64,000 bases of DNA from Heterodontus francisci. Its lineage: Eukaryota. The notes beneath the pieces are model-generated. The model was not told the DNA's origin. It did no database searches and worked only from the letters and a program-made list of their open reading frames with translations. The stretch's first letter is position 1. The number at the start of each line of letters is the position of its first letter. The stretch lies in the NCBI RefSeq assembly GCF_036365525.1, contig NC_090389.1, positions 35,338,973 through 35,402,972 on the forward strand. The letters are read 5' to 3'. Positions 47,726 to 59,819 of the stretch are shown piece by piece. A program made the position numbers and the translations under genes.

Positions 47726-48423
47726 CTTCTGTGCTGTAATTTTTGTATGTTTCTGAAAGGGTTTACGGGACTAATTGTGCAGATCATCACTTCTCATTGC
47801 CTGCTGACATGAGTGAAAGTTGTGTGGATGTACGATATCTAATTCTGTCACCAGGTATCTGGGAGATCACCATCTCTCCATCACCAATGGCCACACATTC
47901 CAAGGCTCTGCTTATCTTCAAAGAATCCTCTTCCACAGTGGCCAGGATCGTGATGACTGGATGCCACAGCCCCCGACTCTTTGCCTCTCCCTGGTGTTCT
48001 GCTCTTTTCTCCTGCAAGGAGAGAAAGAAAAGTTATGAGTGTGGGAAGTGGAATGTGTTGAAAGGATGGAATGACAGTATTTGTGGATGTTCACTGTGAG
48101 GGATGGGTGTGAGATAACAGAAGATGAGGGTGAGTGTCACTGGTGGCTGGTTAGTTGAGGATGTGAAGAGCTACCTCAACAGGGAGGAATGGGTGGACCT
48201 GCAGGGTGTGTTGGTCTGAGGAATGCTGTGCAGGAGAAGGTTAGGGAGGTCAGAGTGAGGGAGTTGGCACTTGAATGTGGCATACCACTCATCTTTCCTG
48301 TCCTCATGAGGTCACTGAACCTCTTGCAGCATTGTATCCATGAGCGAGGCACCACACTCCTGCTGCTCACCTCAACTACTTCCAACCATGCCTGCTTGGT
48401 TTCCAAGGCAGATTTCTTCCACC

Positions 48424-49816
48424 TGTTACGACCAGGTGAGGAAGGGGTCTCAGGCCCCCCTTTCGCCCCTTCTCTGGTTTGACCGCAACAGGGTTTATGT
48501 TTTATAACACAGTGATTCAACTTTACCACCTCAGTCAGCACTTGCTCCTGTTATAGAGTCATAGAGAGATACAGCACTTAAACATGCCCTTTGGCCCACC
48601 GAGTCTGTGCTGACCAACAACCACCCATTTATACTAATCCTACATTAATCCCATATTCCCTACCACATCCCCACCATTCTCCTACCACTTACCTACACTA
48701 GGGACAATTTACAATGGCCAATTTACCTACCAACCTGCAAGTTTTTGGCTGTGGGAGGAAACTGGAGCACCTGGCGGAAACCCACACGGTCACAGGAAGA
48801 ACTTGAAAGCTCCACACAGGCGGTACCCAGAACTGAACCTGGGTTGTTGGAGCTGTGAGACTGCGGTGCTAACCACTGCACCACTGTGCCCAATATAATG
48901 TTATATAATGTTCCTGTAATGTAATTGCTAATAAACCAATCAGACAGGTTTTCTTGAGTTTAAACAAGAAAGTTGTAAGTGTATTAACCTTATCACTCTA
49001 AACCAGTTAAAAATACTAAAATACACGATGCATCCACGTTCACATTCACACGAGAAGCACACACACACAGACAAATAGATTACAGAGGGAAAAAACACAG
49101 AGTTGGGAGGTTGGAGTAGAGTCCTTAATAAAAATGGAATTTAAATACGAAGTTTAGTTCCAGAGTTCTTAGTTGAAGTTGTAGTCCTGAAGTCCTCGCA
49201 TGGTCACTTGTATAATTCGAGTTTGCTTCCCAGGTTCTGGAAGGCAGAAGAAGGGCTTTATCCATGTCCCCTGGTTGCTGACTGTAATTTATCTTCCACT
49301 AGCTGCAGCTTGAGGCTTCTCAGGATCTCTACTGGAGACAGAGAGAGAGAGGAAGGATGTTCCCTGGGTGAATCTCAGTTACTGTGTGACTTCTGAGTCA
49401 CCACTCACAAATCTCCAGAGTGGCCCAAGCAGTCACGTGATGTGATCACCTCTTTGTGTTTGAATCAGAAGCTGCCAGAAAGGTCTTTGAAATTCAAGCT
49501 GTTCAAACATACGTGGTAGGGGGGGTTTGGCTCTTTCAAAGTCAATGGGTGTTGATGGTTTTCGATGACCCCCATTGATAAGGCTATCCCAGATAAGTGA
49601 ATCAGAAAGCACCCCATTGTTCTGGCTAGGCTGGGTAATCATGTCTGTCTCCAGCTTAATCCTTTGGTTTATCAAATGCAAATTGTGCGTGGCCATCTTG
49701 GCTACTGGTTGCTCTGTTTTTAAAAGTTATTTGTAATAATGTCCAGTAAAAGGCTCAGGAAAAGTTCCACATTATGCAATTAATATCTCAATTTGGTATG
49801 TGGGGTTTGCATCACA
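48424..49816 (-). mobile_element. Solo LTR with nested SINE
   Basis: TGTTAC...ATCACA termini and perfect 4-bp TSD cacc (48420-48423, 49817-49820). Related to 33305-34206. Confidence 0.85.
48553..48890 (-). mobile_element. HE1-like V-SINE
   Basis: Homologous to 45570-45922. Confidence 0.9.
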
Positions 49817-52800
49817 CACCCATCATCTGGGAACAAAAAGTCTCTGCGTGCTTTTGCAGTCTGCAGCATGATATCCAGGGATGCATCAGAAAACCGTGGG
49901 ACAGTCTTCCCTTGTTGAAACTTCATCACTCAAGTTGCTGTCTTTCACTTGCCAGTTGTACAATGGACCCAATCTGAACCTTACAGAGTCTGTTTAAATA
50001 CTGAAGCTTCAACAGTCAGGTGTGGGTTGTCATTGTCCCGCTCTCTCTAAAGAATTGGGAAATTGGTCCGGAAATAGGATGTTAATGCCGTGGCTCAGTT
50101 AAAGGGCCACTGAAAAACCTGCTCCTCAAACCTACGAGTCCCCAACCCCCTGTCCGCTTCCCCAGCTGCGAACATGTCCGGCTGTTAAAATTCGTCCAGA
50201 ACAAAGTGAGTACAGTCTACTGGCTTTGTTTCTTCTTATATTTTAATTTTACAATTGAACATATTCACATTTCATGAACTAGATTAATGCTACAATTAGT
50301 GAAAAACCAAAACAATGTGAGGTTGCCCCTTCTTGAGGTGGACTCCCGACTGATGTTAAATGCTCAAATGACAGAAGTTCAGCTTTGACAATTTGCATTT
50401 CTGCAACACTGGAAATGCTTTTGAAATGAAGCAAAAGGTAATTGCTCTGTTAGAGAAAATGGTGATGTTATGTATCACCTGTCAGTATCTTCTCTTTCAG
50501 TAAATTTCCTGGAGCTATCTACAGAAACCCTGTTATAATATATCTATTTTACTTTGCAATTTCCTAGAGACAGAGATCATAAAGGTAAGTCCTCACACCA
50601 AATGAGTTTGTATTCTAACCAGAGTAAGTCCATTTTATAATAGTTTATCTTCAATTTATGATCACTGCTTTTCTCCCTTGTATTTCACCCTTTTCAGTCT
50701 CGAGTTTGCCTTCTACCTCTTGATTGCTTCTTTATTAAACTGTTCACCTTTTAAAATGTGATTCTTAGAAGTAATGCACTGAGCAAGCAGAGATTAGCAT
50801 TTAAATTTGAACCTGACCTTTTTGTGACCGAGCTGCTCCAAAGTTATAAAACATCAACTAGTCAAAGCCCTATTTCCTTCATTTAAAAGGAATGGGAGGA
50901 GTGTCCAGTTTTCTGTGTGTCTCACACTGACCAATAGTATCATGGAATATGTAGTTTTGTAACCTACACTGCCTGGGAATGTGGTAGTGTTAGCAGTTGT
51001 GAAAAATAGCAGCCAATTACTGTATGTCTCTAAGAATGAAGGTAATTCTTAAGTAACTAATAAGTCTTTCGACTGGTATAAACAAGCCTAATTATGTTAA
51101 TCCAGCTGCGGAACATACAGTTTTTGTATTAAATGTCTCAGGTATATCAACATAATCCTGACTAAAGAAATCACTATTATTTTGCAGTCCTTGAAAGGTA
51201 GACAAATCTTTGATATAACCAAAATAGCTCAGAATCCTGCTTTTAATTCTTTGCCAGTTTTGTGCTACTCCACCCATCTGAGTTCTTTGTCTTTCTTGTA
51301 CAAGTTTTGAACAATAGAATTTCTTGTTCTTGCAATGCTAAACTTCTGTCTTTTCAAATTCATTTAGGATTGATTCATGATGTCTGTGTGAAATGATTTA
51401 TATTTAGATTTGTGTTATACACCCTACACCTTCTAAAATGGGGTTTTAACATCTTAAATCTCAGGATAAAGTGAGTTCAATATGGTTCAATAAGATGACT
51501 ATGAAATAACAACAATATTTTATTTAGAAAAATTAACTATTCTTGAAGGGGAGGGGGAATTGCTTCCAACTTTGGACTTATTGAGGCCTAAATTCAGTAT
51601 AGTTGAGGCCATGTTACAGGCATAAAACAGATACAGTGGTAACTTATTTAGCAGTACATTTGGTCCACTGCTAAATTCACGGGCATTTTTTTTATTAAAA
51701 GGAGGCCCTGCACCCATTTCAGACCCAGATTCATAAACTAATTAAAACTAGTGAATTACAAGCTCTGATTAGTATTACTGGGTTTGAGCTGTCCAACCAC
51801 CTTCAAGGGACCATTGGTGGCCACCCAAAAATGGCCTCAATACTTCCAAAATGTCATTTTCTTTGTCAAGTTGAATGGAGCCGAAATTCTGCTCTATGTT
51901 ATACAAAACTACTGCAGGCTGCTTCTTGCCTGATCTCATCTACATCTCGATTGCCTCACCCCACCCTTTGGATTTACCTGTTGGCCTCTGCAGCAGCCAA
52001 ATTTAGTTAGGCCCAAAGAGGCAAGCTGCATTGGGACAGCTGACTAGTGCATGCAACTCAACTGAATTTTGGTGATGAGGCCCAAGGAGGATTTAGTTCA
52101 ATCCTCAGGACTGTCTGTTCTAATGTGCTGTTGCTACATGCCACCTGAATCACATTGGGCCCCGTTATTTATTACTCTAACAAAGTATATACGAGGAATG
52201 GTTTAATTTAATACAACAGATTTTAAAAGATAGAAGTTTGGAGTTTTGGTTCCAACTTATAAATTAAATGGAACCAATTTGCAAGGTCAACTCAAATAAA
52301 ATGAAAAGAAAATTCTGTTCCTTATAACTTAAAATTCTAAAGTACAGTTTAGCTAAGGAGTTAGTATAATACAAATACGATTAAGGCAAAAAATACTTAA
52401 AGATACAGTATTCACATTTTAAAAATTGTATTAATAGTTGGCTCACTAATTCGCAATGATAATTTAATTTGCAAAAATGTGAAATATATTTCATACACCT
52501 AAATGGCATCAAGCTTAGTAAATTTAACTCCATTGGTATAATTCCCATTCTAATGCATAACTCTTCAGCATTAATTGTTCTTTAGCTCTCATTCTTTAGT
52601 GTAAAGGGGAAAGGAAACAGCCATCCCTAACCAGCCTGGCATACATGTGAATCCAATCCAATACTACATGATTGAAACTTGGGGGTTGAAATTGAACCTC
52701 ACTGTATACATTTTTCAGGCGTATTACAATGCAATAAGCCTCAATTTCAGGGACTAATGTTCTAGGTGTCAAGGACAAACCTAAAACAGATGTTAGGTCC

Positions 52801-54057
52801 CTCAAATATGTAAATACAGAGCCTAACATCTATGAGGTGCCCTCACAGAAATTGGGCAGCGATGAGCGGGACAGATCATGGAGGACAAAAAGCAACAGAT
52901 GAGATTTCAGGGAATTTGGAGGTGAAGGACCACCAGGGCTCAATTTTCCAGACAGCATAAATTCTACATAGAACAAAGGTACCTCAACCCCAAGTACTGT
53001 ATAGAGAGGTTATGCCTCACTTAACTTGAACTTAAGTTGAATTGTGCCATTCTTAGAAATGGACTGGCAGCCAAGGAGAACATTGATATTGTGTTGCCAG
53101 TAACAGTAAAGTCGTAATCAATTTTTTGGCAAGTGTTCCTTCCAGGAAAACGTTAGAGACATGGCAAGGATCAGACAGTTTATGGTTCCTCCTGTATATG
53201 CGAGGGCACACATGATCTGTTTCAAGGTGTTTGTGGCTTCATGTTATACTTGAGCTCATCCTTCTTCAGTTCTCAGCTCTGCCTCTTTCGCAGCCACAAG
53301 AAGTGACTGATTTATACTTCCTCACTTAAATCAGTAAAAACCCCAGATTGTGTCTGAGTTTGTGCCTGCTTCAAATCATGATTACACTCAGTGCTGTGCT
53401 AAAAGATTTTGCTAAGAGAGATTAGCTTTCTGTTCCTTATGTCGGACAAGAGGACAGACTTTCAAACTTATCAAAGGTAAGTTTAGACTTGCTATCAGGA
53501 AGGTTGTTTATTTCATATAACACATGGATGCACTTCCAATTAGAGTACTAGAAGTTAAACCCCTGGAATCCTTCAAAAACAACGGACAGAATTTAAAATT
53601 TTTTTGAAGAGATAAACTAACTTCCTCAGTCATAATGACTTTGTGATCCTGATGTTTTGATACATTGTCTTAAGAAGAAAAAGGCATTTTAAGTACATGT
53701 AGACACATTTGCACAGATAAAGCATACAACTGTATTTGTATAGATCAGCAGCATGTTCCTTTCTTCAACTTTCAATGTGTCTTATATTACATATAGTATC
53801 TGATGAAGTAAATTATGACCTTCTTACGGGGGTGCGTCATGTCACTTATTTAAAAGCAACCTTTTTCTGAAGGGAGAGCAGAAATATGCATTGAATAAAC
53901 TGTACTGTGTATCTCAAACATAAGCAACATTTTCTGACCTTAACACAGCTAACCAGAATACAAAATATCTTGTGTACAAAAGGCGAGGTGGCTTGAGTGC
54001 CAATATGCTAGCCATGACATTTTCCTTGTCATACTTGGTTGATAATAGCATTGTAGT

Positions 54058-54450
54058 AGCAACATAGAAAATAGGAGCAGGAGTATGCCATTCGGCCCTT
54101 CGGGGCTGCTCCGTCATTCAAATAAGATCATGGCTGATTGTCTAATTCAGTATCCTGTTCCCGCTTTAACCCCATATCCCTTGATCCTTTTGGCATTAAG
54201 AAATATATCTATCTCCTTCTTGAATATATTTAATGACTTGGCCTCCACTGTCTTCTGCAGTAGAGAATTCCACAGGTTCACCACCCTGTGAGTGAAGAAA
54301 TTTCTCCTCATCTTGGTTCTAAATGGCATACCCCATATCCTGAGACTGTGACCCCTGGTTCAGACTCCCCAGCCATTAGGAACATCCTCCTTGCATCTAG
54401 CCTGTCTAGTCCTGTTAGAATTTTATAGGTTTCTATGAGATCCCCTCTCA
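54058..54450 (-). mobile_element. CR1 3' fragment
   Basis: RGDLIETYKILTGLDR and RNFFTHRVVNLWNSL. Confidence 0.9.
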
Positions 54451-54464
54451 TAGTTGTAAAACAA

Positions 54465-54842
54465 TGTTCAGTAGCGGCAGTGTGTACCATCTACAAGATG
54501 CACTGCAGCAACGCACCAAAGCTTCTTAGACAGCAACTTCCAAACCCGTGACCTCTACCACCTAGAAGGTCAAGGGCAGCAAATGTATGGAAACACCACC
54601 ACCTGCAAGTTCCCCTCAAGCCACACACCATCCTGACTTGGAACTATATCACTGTTCCTTCATTGTCACTGGGTCAAAATCCTGGAACTCCCTTCCTAAC
54701 AGCACTGTGGGTGTACCTAGCCCACATGGACTGCAGCAGTTCAAGAAGGCAGCTCAACACCAACTTCTCAAGGGCAATTAAGGATGGGCAATAAATGCTG
54801 GCCGAGCCAGCGATGCCCAAATCCCATAAATGAATAAAAAAA
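54465..54842 (+). mobile_element. Second-family LINE 3' end
   Basis: Matches 33190-33300 plus 34207-34466. Tail atcccataaatgaataaaaaaa. Confidence 0.88.
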
Positions 54843-55645
54843 GTGTCCTCTGACTTATTCTGAACAGTGCCACAGGAGACCTGCTCCTGTATAATCATTA
54901 AGAATTTGACATCAGCACACATTAACTATTTACGAGATCTTCATGTGTTATATTTATTTGACACACCTTTGAGTCAATGTTTTGCAATATAAATATCTAT
55001 GTTCACATTTATCGTAGAAAACTATGTAAACTTGCTATGTTAGAATTGCCCAGTATGCCTGCTGGAATGCTCTGTGATCCTGATCTCTGAATTGTTTCTT
55101 CAAGCTCAGCTGCCATGCTGCTTTTCTCTGAATTGATTTTTTCTATTCTCAGATAAATTTAAAATTAATTTTCAGTTTTTTAATATTCAGGGTTTTTTTT
55201 ACTTTCAACTAAATGTATTAATATTCCTTATTTCCATCTGGGTTTTCTTTTTCCTCCTGCTGTTTTCTTGAGTCGAGAGGCTCCTGCTCAGGCCCTGCTG
55301 TCTTATCCAATTAGGAAAATCTTTTACCAAGTACACAATGTCTGTTCTAAGGGATTCTCTACTGGGATTGGGGTGATATATTTGCATGGATTGAGGATTG
55401 GCTAATGGACAGAAAACTGAGAATAGGAATAAACAGGACATTTTCAGGTTGGCAGGCTGTAACTAGAGGGGTACCGGAAAGATCAGTACTTGGGCCTCAG
55501 CTATTCACGATCTATATTAAGTGTAACATATCCAAGTTTGCTGATAATGCAAAGTTAGGTGGAAAATAAGTGGTGAGGAGGACACAAAGAGGCTGCAGAG
55601 GGAGATAGACAGGTTGGGTGAGTGGAAAGAACACAGCAAGTGGAA

Positions 55646-56068
55646 TTTTTTTAAAATTTCTTTCATGGGATGTGGGTGTCACTGCCAAGGCCAGCATTTG
55701 TTGCCAATACCTAATTGCCCTTAAACTGAATGGCTTGCTCAGCCATTTTAGAGGGCAGTTAAGAGCCAATCACATTGCTGTGGGTCTGGAGTCACATGTA
55801 GACCAGACCAGGTGAGAATGGCAGATTTCCTTCCCTAAAGGACATTAGTGAACCAGATGGGTATTTTATGACAATTGATGATGGCTTCATGGCACCATTA
55901 CTGAAACCAACTTTCAATTCCAGACTTCTAGTAATTCATTGAAACTTTTTTTATTAATTAATAGAATTTAAATTTCTCCAGCTACCATGTGAACCCATGT
56001 CCTCAGGACATTCACCAAGGCCTCTGGAGTATTAGTGCCGTGACATTACCACTACGCCACCATCTTCC
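55646..56068 (-). mobile_element. tRNA-headed SINE sharing its 3' tail with the second LINE family
   Basis: A-box-like ggtggcgtagtgg and B-box-like gggttcac on the minus strand. The last about 70 nt match the LINE tails at 23685-23755 and 42990-43060. Confidence 0.75.
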
Positions 56069-56259
56069 CGATACAATGTGATGAAGTATGAAGTTGAATG
56101 GTGCAAGACTCAGAAATGTTTGCATTCAGAGGGATCTGGATGTCCTTGTACATGAATCACAAAAAGTTAACATGTAGGTACAGCAATTAGGAAAGCAAAA
56201 GGTATGTTAGCTTTTGTTACATAGGAATTGGAGTATCAGAGTACTCCACAGAATTCCAG

Positions 56260-57024
56260 GGGCTGAAATTTTTGTGCCTCTGGGAGACAGGATGGGAGGC
56301 GAGAGGGCCCATAAAATACCGATGGAAAGCCCATTGCCTTCCTGTTACCATGCGATTTTGCTGGGGGCAGGAAAGGCCGAAGACAGCCTTCCCACCCAGA
56401 GGCCAATTGAAGCCCTTTGTTGGCCATTTAATAACTACTTATGGCCTCTTCCTGTCACTGCTGGTATTCTACCAGCAGCGGGGGGGTGCCTCCGCCAAGT
56501 GGTGTAGTTGCCCAATAAAACAAGGTGGCCTCCCTGTGTGCTTAGTGGTGGGGGTAGGGTGGGGTGGAGGGCCTCGCCCTTTGGCAATCTGTGGCCCATG
56601 AAGGGCCTCGGCTGCAAAGGCCACCTTTCCACGAACACTCCCCCCACTCTCAACAACCACCCATTTTCCCCCGCCCCCCTCGGCAGCTCTGCCGGACTGG
56701 CCCTGGTGACCCTGCCACATTTAGCTGAGGTCCGGAGCTGCAGTGATGGCCCTGGTCCAGGACCTCTTGTAGTACCAACAAAGGCCACTGTCTCTGCTCC
56801 CAGTGATGCTGCCGATAATACTGAGCTGCCAGCCCTCTGATTGGTTGGCAACTCTTGGAGGCAAGTTCTCAGTCCTTAAAGGGGCGGGGGCCCCAGCACC
56901 AGGAAGTTAATTGCCCCAGGGCTGTTAAATAGAGTTACGGGTGTCCTCAAAGGACCGAGGTGAGGTTCCCCTCACCTTTTAGGCCCAGTGTCGGGACCCC
57001 CGTCAGCTCCATAAAATTCAGCCC
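56260..57024. mobile_element. PIF/Harbinger-type MITE
   Basis: TIRs gggctgaaattt / aaaattcagccc, flanks cag/ctg. Confidence 0.82.
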
Positions 57025-57471
57025 CTGGAGTACTGTGTGCAATTTTGGTCTCCTTAACTAAGGAAAGATAGACTTACCCTAGAGGGATTGCAACAACAGC
57101 TCACTGGACTGGTTCCTGGGATGAGGGCATTATCTTATGAGGAGACATTGAGTTGACTAGGCCGATATTCCTTGGAGTTTAGAAAAATGAGAGGTTATCT
57201 CATTGAAACATAGAATTCTTAAGGTGCTTGACAGGGTACATGCTGAGAAAATGTTTCCCCTGGCTGAGGATTCTAGAACACAGCGACACAGTCTCTGAAT
57301 AAGGGATCGCATTTAGGACTGGGATGAGGAGAAATTTCTTCACTCAAAGGGTTCTGAATCTTTGGAATTCTCTACCCCAGAGATCTGTGGATGTTATGTT
57401 GTTGAGTTTATGCAAGACAGAGGTCAATAGATTTTTGGGTACGAAGGGAATTAAGGGATATGGGGATAGTG

Positions 57472-59198
57472 CAGTGGTTGGCAATGTGTCCGTACACGCT
57501 GTCTGTAGTAAAAATGTTGAGGTCCGTGGTAATTTTAAATGGCTTGTTCCAAGCCTTTAAACTTCTGTTTTAAAACACAGGTTTAAAGGCTTAGAGCAAG
57601 ACATTTATCATTATCAGGAACAAAGGTAATTACAAAGGATCAGGCGAGTTCCTACAGCCCGCCAAAGTTTTGTATCAGGCCCGCCAATCGAAAGCACGAA
57701 TGGTTTGCCTGCACACGGACCTCTGTCTAATTGGAGCACGGGGAGTCAGGAATCTCTGGGAAGAATGGAGCTGTCAATCAAGGGGCGCTGACCAATGGGA
57801 GCAGGCAGGGGCAGTGCTGGTGGAGTGCAGGAGAGGCGGGACTCACTGGGAAGATTGGTGCCATCAATCAAGTGCTCCCTGCCTGTGTCTCAGCTGCAGA
57901 ACCAGATCTTGAGAGTGTTGGTGAGTAGAACAGATTGGATAGTGCACAGGAAGGCAATGATAGAACTGGAAAGGCTTGACTTTTTTGAGCCAGAGCAAGC
58001 TGTTTTTTTATAGGCAAAGAGTCCACTTTCTCAGCTCTCCAAACACCCTGGTTTCTCTCAGAGTGCAAGCCCGGTGCTGAGCGGAAATGTGTTTCCGCTC
58101 TTGGTGCATGGGGGAAGGGGTGGGACAGGAGAGAGTGGCGGGGGAGGAGCGAGACAAATTGACGGAAGGGGGGGGTGGAGAGGGAGAGAGTGGTGGGGTG
58201 AAGAGGGAGAGAGTGGCGGTGTGAAGAGGGAGAGAGTAGTGGGGTAAAGAGGGAGAGAGTAGTGGGGTGAAGAGGGGAGAGTGGCGGGGGAGAGGGAGTG
58301 AGTGGCGAGAGAGGGAGTGAGTGGGGGGAGGAGGAGGGGGGAGAGGGGGGATGGGGAGGGGGCAGAGTGGAAGGGGAGGGGGGAGAGTGGAAGGGGAGGG
58401 GGGAGAGTGGAGGGGAGGGGGGAGAGGCTGGTGAGAAGGGGGACAGGAGAGATGGGATAGAAAGGGGCAGGGAGGTATGGGATAGAGAGGGGGTGGGAGA
58501 GATGGGATAGAGAGTGGGAGAGAGAGATGAGAGAGGGAGCTGTGAGAGGGAGGGGTGCAGGGAGTAGAGGGAGTGGGCAGGGGAAGAGAGAGGGCTCGAG
58601 GAGGAAGAGGGTGGTAGGAGGAGAGGGGACAAGGAGGGGGAGAGGGGGGAGGGTCACGGGGGAGAGGGGAGAGGGACACGAGGGGAGAGGGACACGGGGG
58701 GAGAGGGGGGAGAGACATGGGGGGAGAGAGGGGAGGGATATGGGGACTGAGAGAGGGAGACAGCGGAGAGGAGGGAGAGAGGGGAGGGATATGGGGACTG
58801 AGAGAGGGAGACAGCGGAGAGGAGGGAGAGTGGGGGGACATGGGGGGAGAGAGAGGGGGACACAGAGGGGAGAGGGATGGACACAGAGGGGAGTGGGATG
58901 GTCACAGAGAGGAGTGGGGGAGAGGGACAGAGACAGAAAGAGGGAGAGATCAAGATCACTCCTGACAGATGGACATCTATCCGAATTCTTTGCATTGTTC
59001 ATCAAGTGCGTGGGCAGACATTGACCACTTGTGCAAGCAAAAATAATGCCAGTTATCTCACTAAATAGGAAGCAATGTGATTTGAAACGGACTGTGTTTT
59101 GATGGCATTATGTTGGCAGATTAATTGCACCCATGTCCATGCCTGAGTCAATAATTTTGTCAAATGTCCGTGGTGCAACATGTTGGTTCCTATCCCTG
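57472..59198 (+). mobile_element. hAT (Charlie-like) non-autonomous element
   Basis: 8-bp TSD ggatagtg/ggacagtg, termini cagtggttggcaa...ttcctatccctg. The RSLLTDGHLS remnant of the hAT C-terminal dimerisation region is at about 58950-59066. Confidence 0.82.
58110..58950 (+). repeat. About 840-bp G/A-rich polypurine low-complexity tract
   Basis: Mostly G and A on +. Includes a roughly 51-bp tandem duplication (about 58725-58830). Confidence 0.95.
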
Positions 59199-59819
59199 GG
59201 ACAGTGCAGGAAGGTAGAGTTGAGGTAGAAGATCAGTCATGATTTTATTGAATAATGGAGCAGACTCAGAGGGCCAAATGGCCTACCCGTGCTCCTACTT
59301 CCCATGTCCTTATGAGCTGCATTACTTCCTCTGTAACTTTAGATTTGCATTGTCTGCCCTTTTCCTGTATTCCACCCAGAAAATGTGCACAACACATCTG
59401 AATTGACCCACAATGTGTCACTGGATTGGTGAAGTAGCTGTTTAGGTAGATGAGCAGTACTCTTGCAGGTGCTTTTAGATTGACCGCTCATTTGTGCATT
59501 GGTTTTAGTGCACCGACATGACAACCTTCCAGAATCCACACAGAGTATAATTGTGCAGCCCTGACAGCAATCTAAAAAATGAATAATTTAACTCCCTTTG
59601 AATGCGTTGTCTGTGAGCTGAAAGGAATCTTGTCTACAAGGTATTGTGATGAGAAGTTTCTGGCAATTATAGATATGTCACTCTCCTTTAAGAGAATTAA
59701 ATGACTGAGAAAGGAATGTGAGGAATGTAGCAGAGATAAGAAATATCTATAAAAGCAGTGTTTTGTAAAGCTGGGAGTAAAATGTACAATCCTGTTGCAA
59801 ATGAAACAGCTTGACACTA

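Larger units (their letters stand above)
42600..49950 (-). pseudogene. Harbinger Myb/SANT-like partner gene, intron-containing, split by insertions
   Basis: PRFSDASLDIMLQTAKARRDFLFPDDG (49820-49900) continues after the LTR as WKKSALETKQAWLEVV..RSWIQCCKRFSDLMR. The next exon follows ctccttgcag and reads EKRAEHQGEAKSRG. The 3' boundary is approximate. Confidence 0.75.
40657..50197 (+). mobile_element. Full-span PIF/Harbinger transposon (decayed) carrying nested insertions
   Basis: TIR cores gaattttaac / gttaaaattc, with convergent transposase (+) and Myb/SANT gene (-). Confidence 0.85.
55300..59315 (+). mobile_element. Old CR1 fragment hosting a SINE, a MITE and a hAT element
   Basis: CR1 RT and tail pieces at about 55300-55645, 56069-56240, 57025-57471 and 59207-59315 are collinear. 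Confidence 0.85.

Noticed and set aside
51090-51390. Possible very old Gypsy integrase trace on the minus strand (ARTR, NWQRI)
   Set aside because: Too degenerate to support without an HMM search.
53420-53600. Strong donor aaaggtaagt suggesting an exon
   Set aside because: Surrounding sequence reads as a very decayed CR1-type 3' end (FKL.KGKFRL.IRK...WDALP.RV.E), so the donor is probably incidental.
57868-59024. Long Pro/Ser/Leu-rich and Gly/Arg/Glu-rich ORFs (165-315 aa)
   Set aside because: Artefacts of the stop-poor polypurine/polypyrimidine tract.
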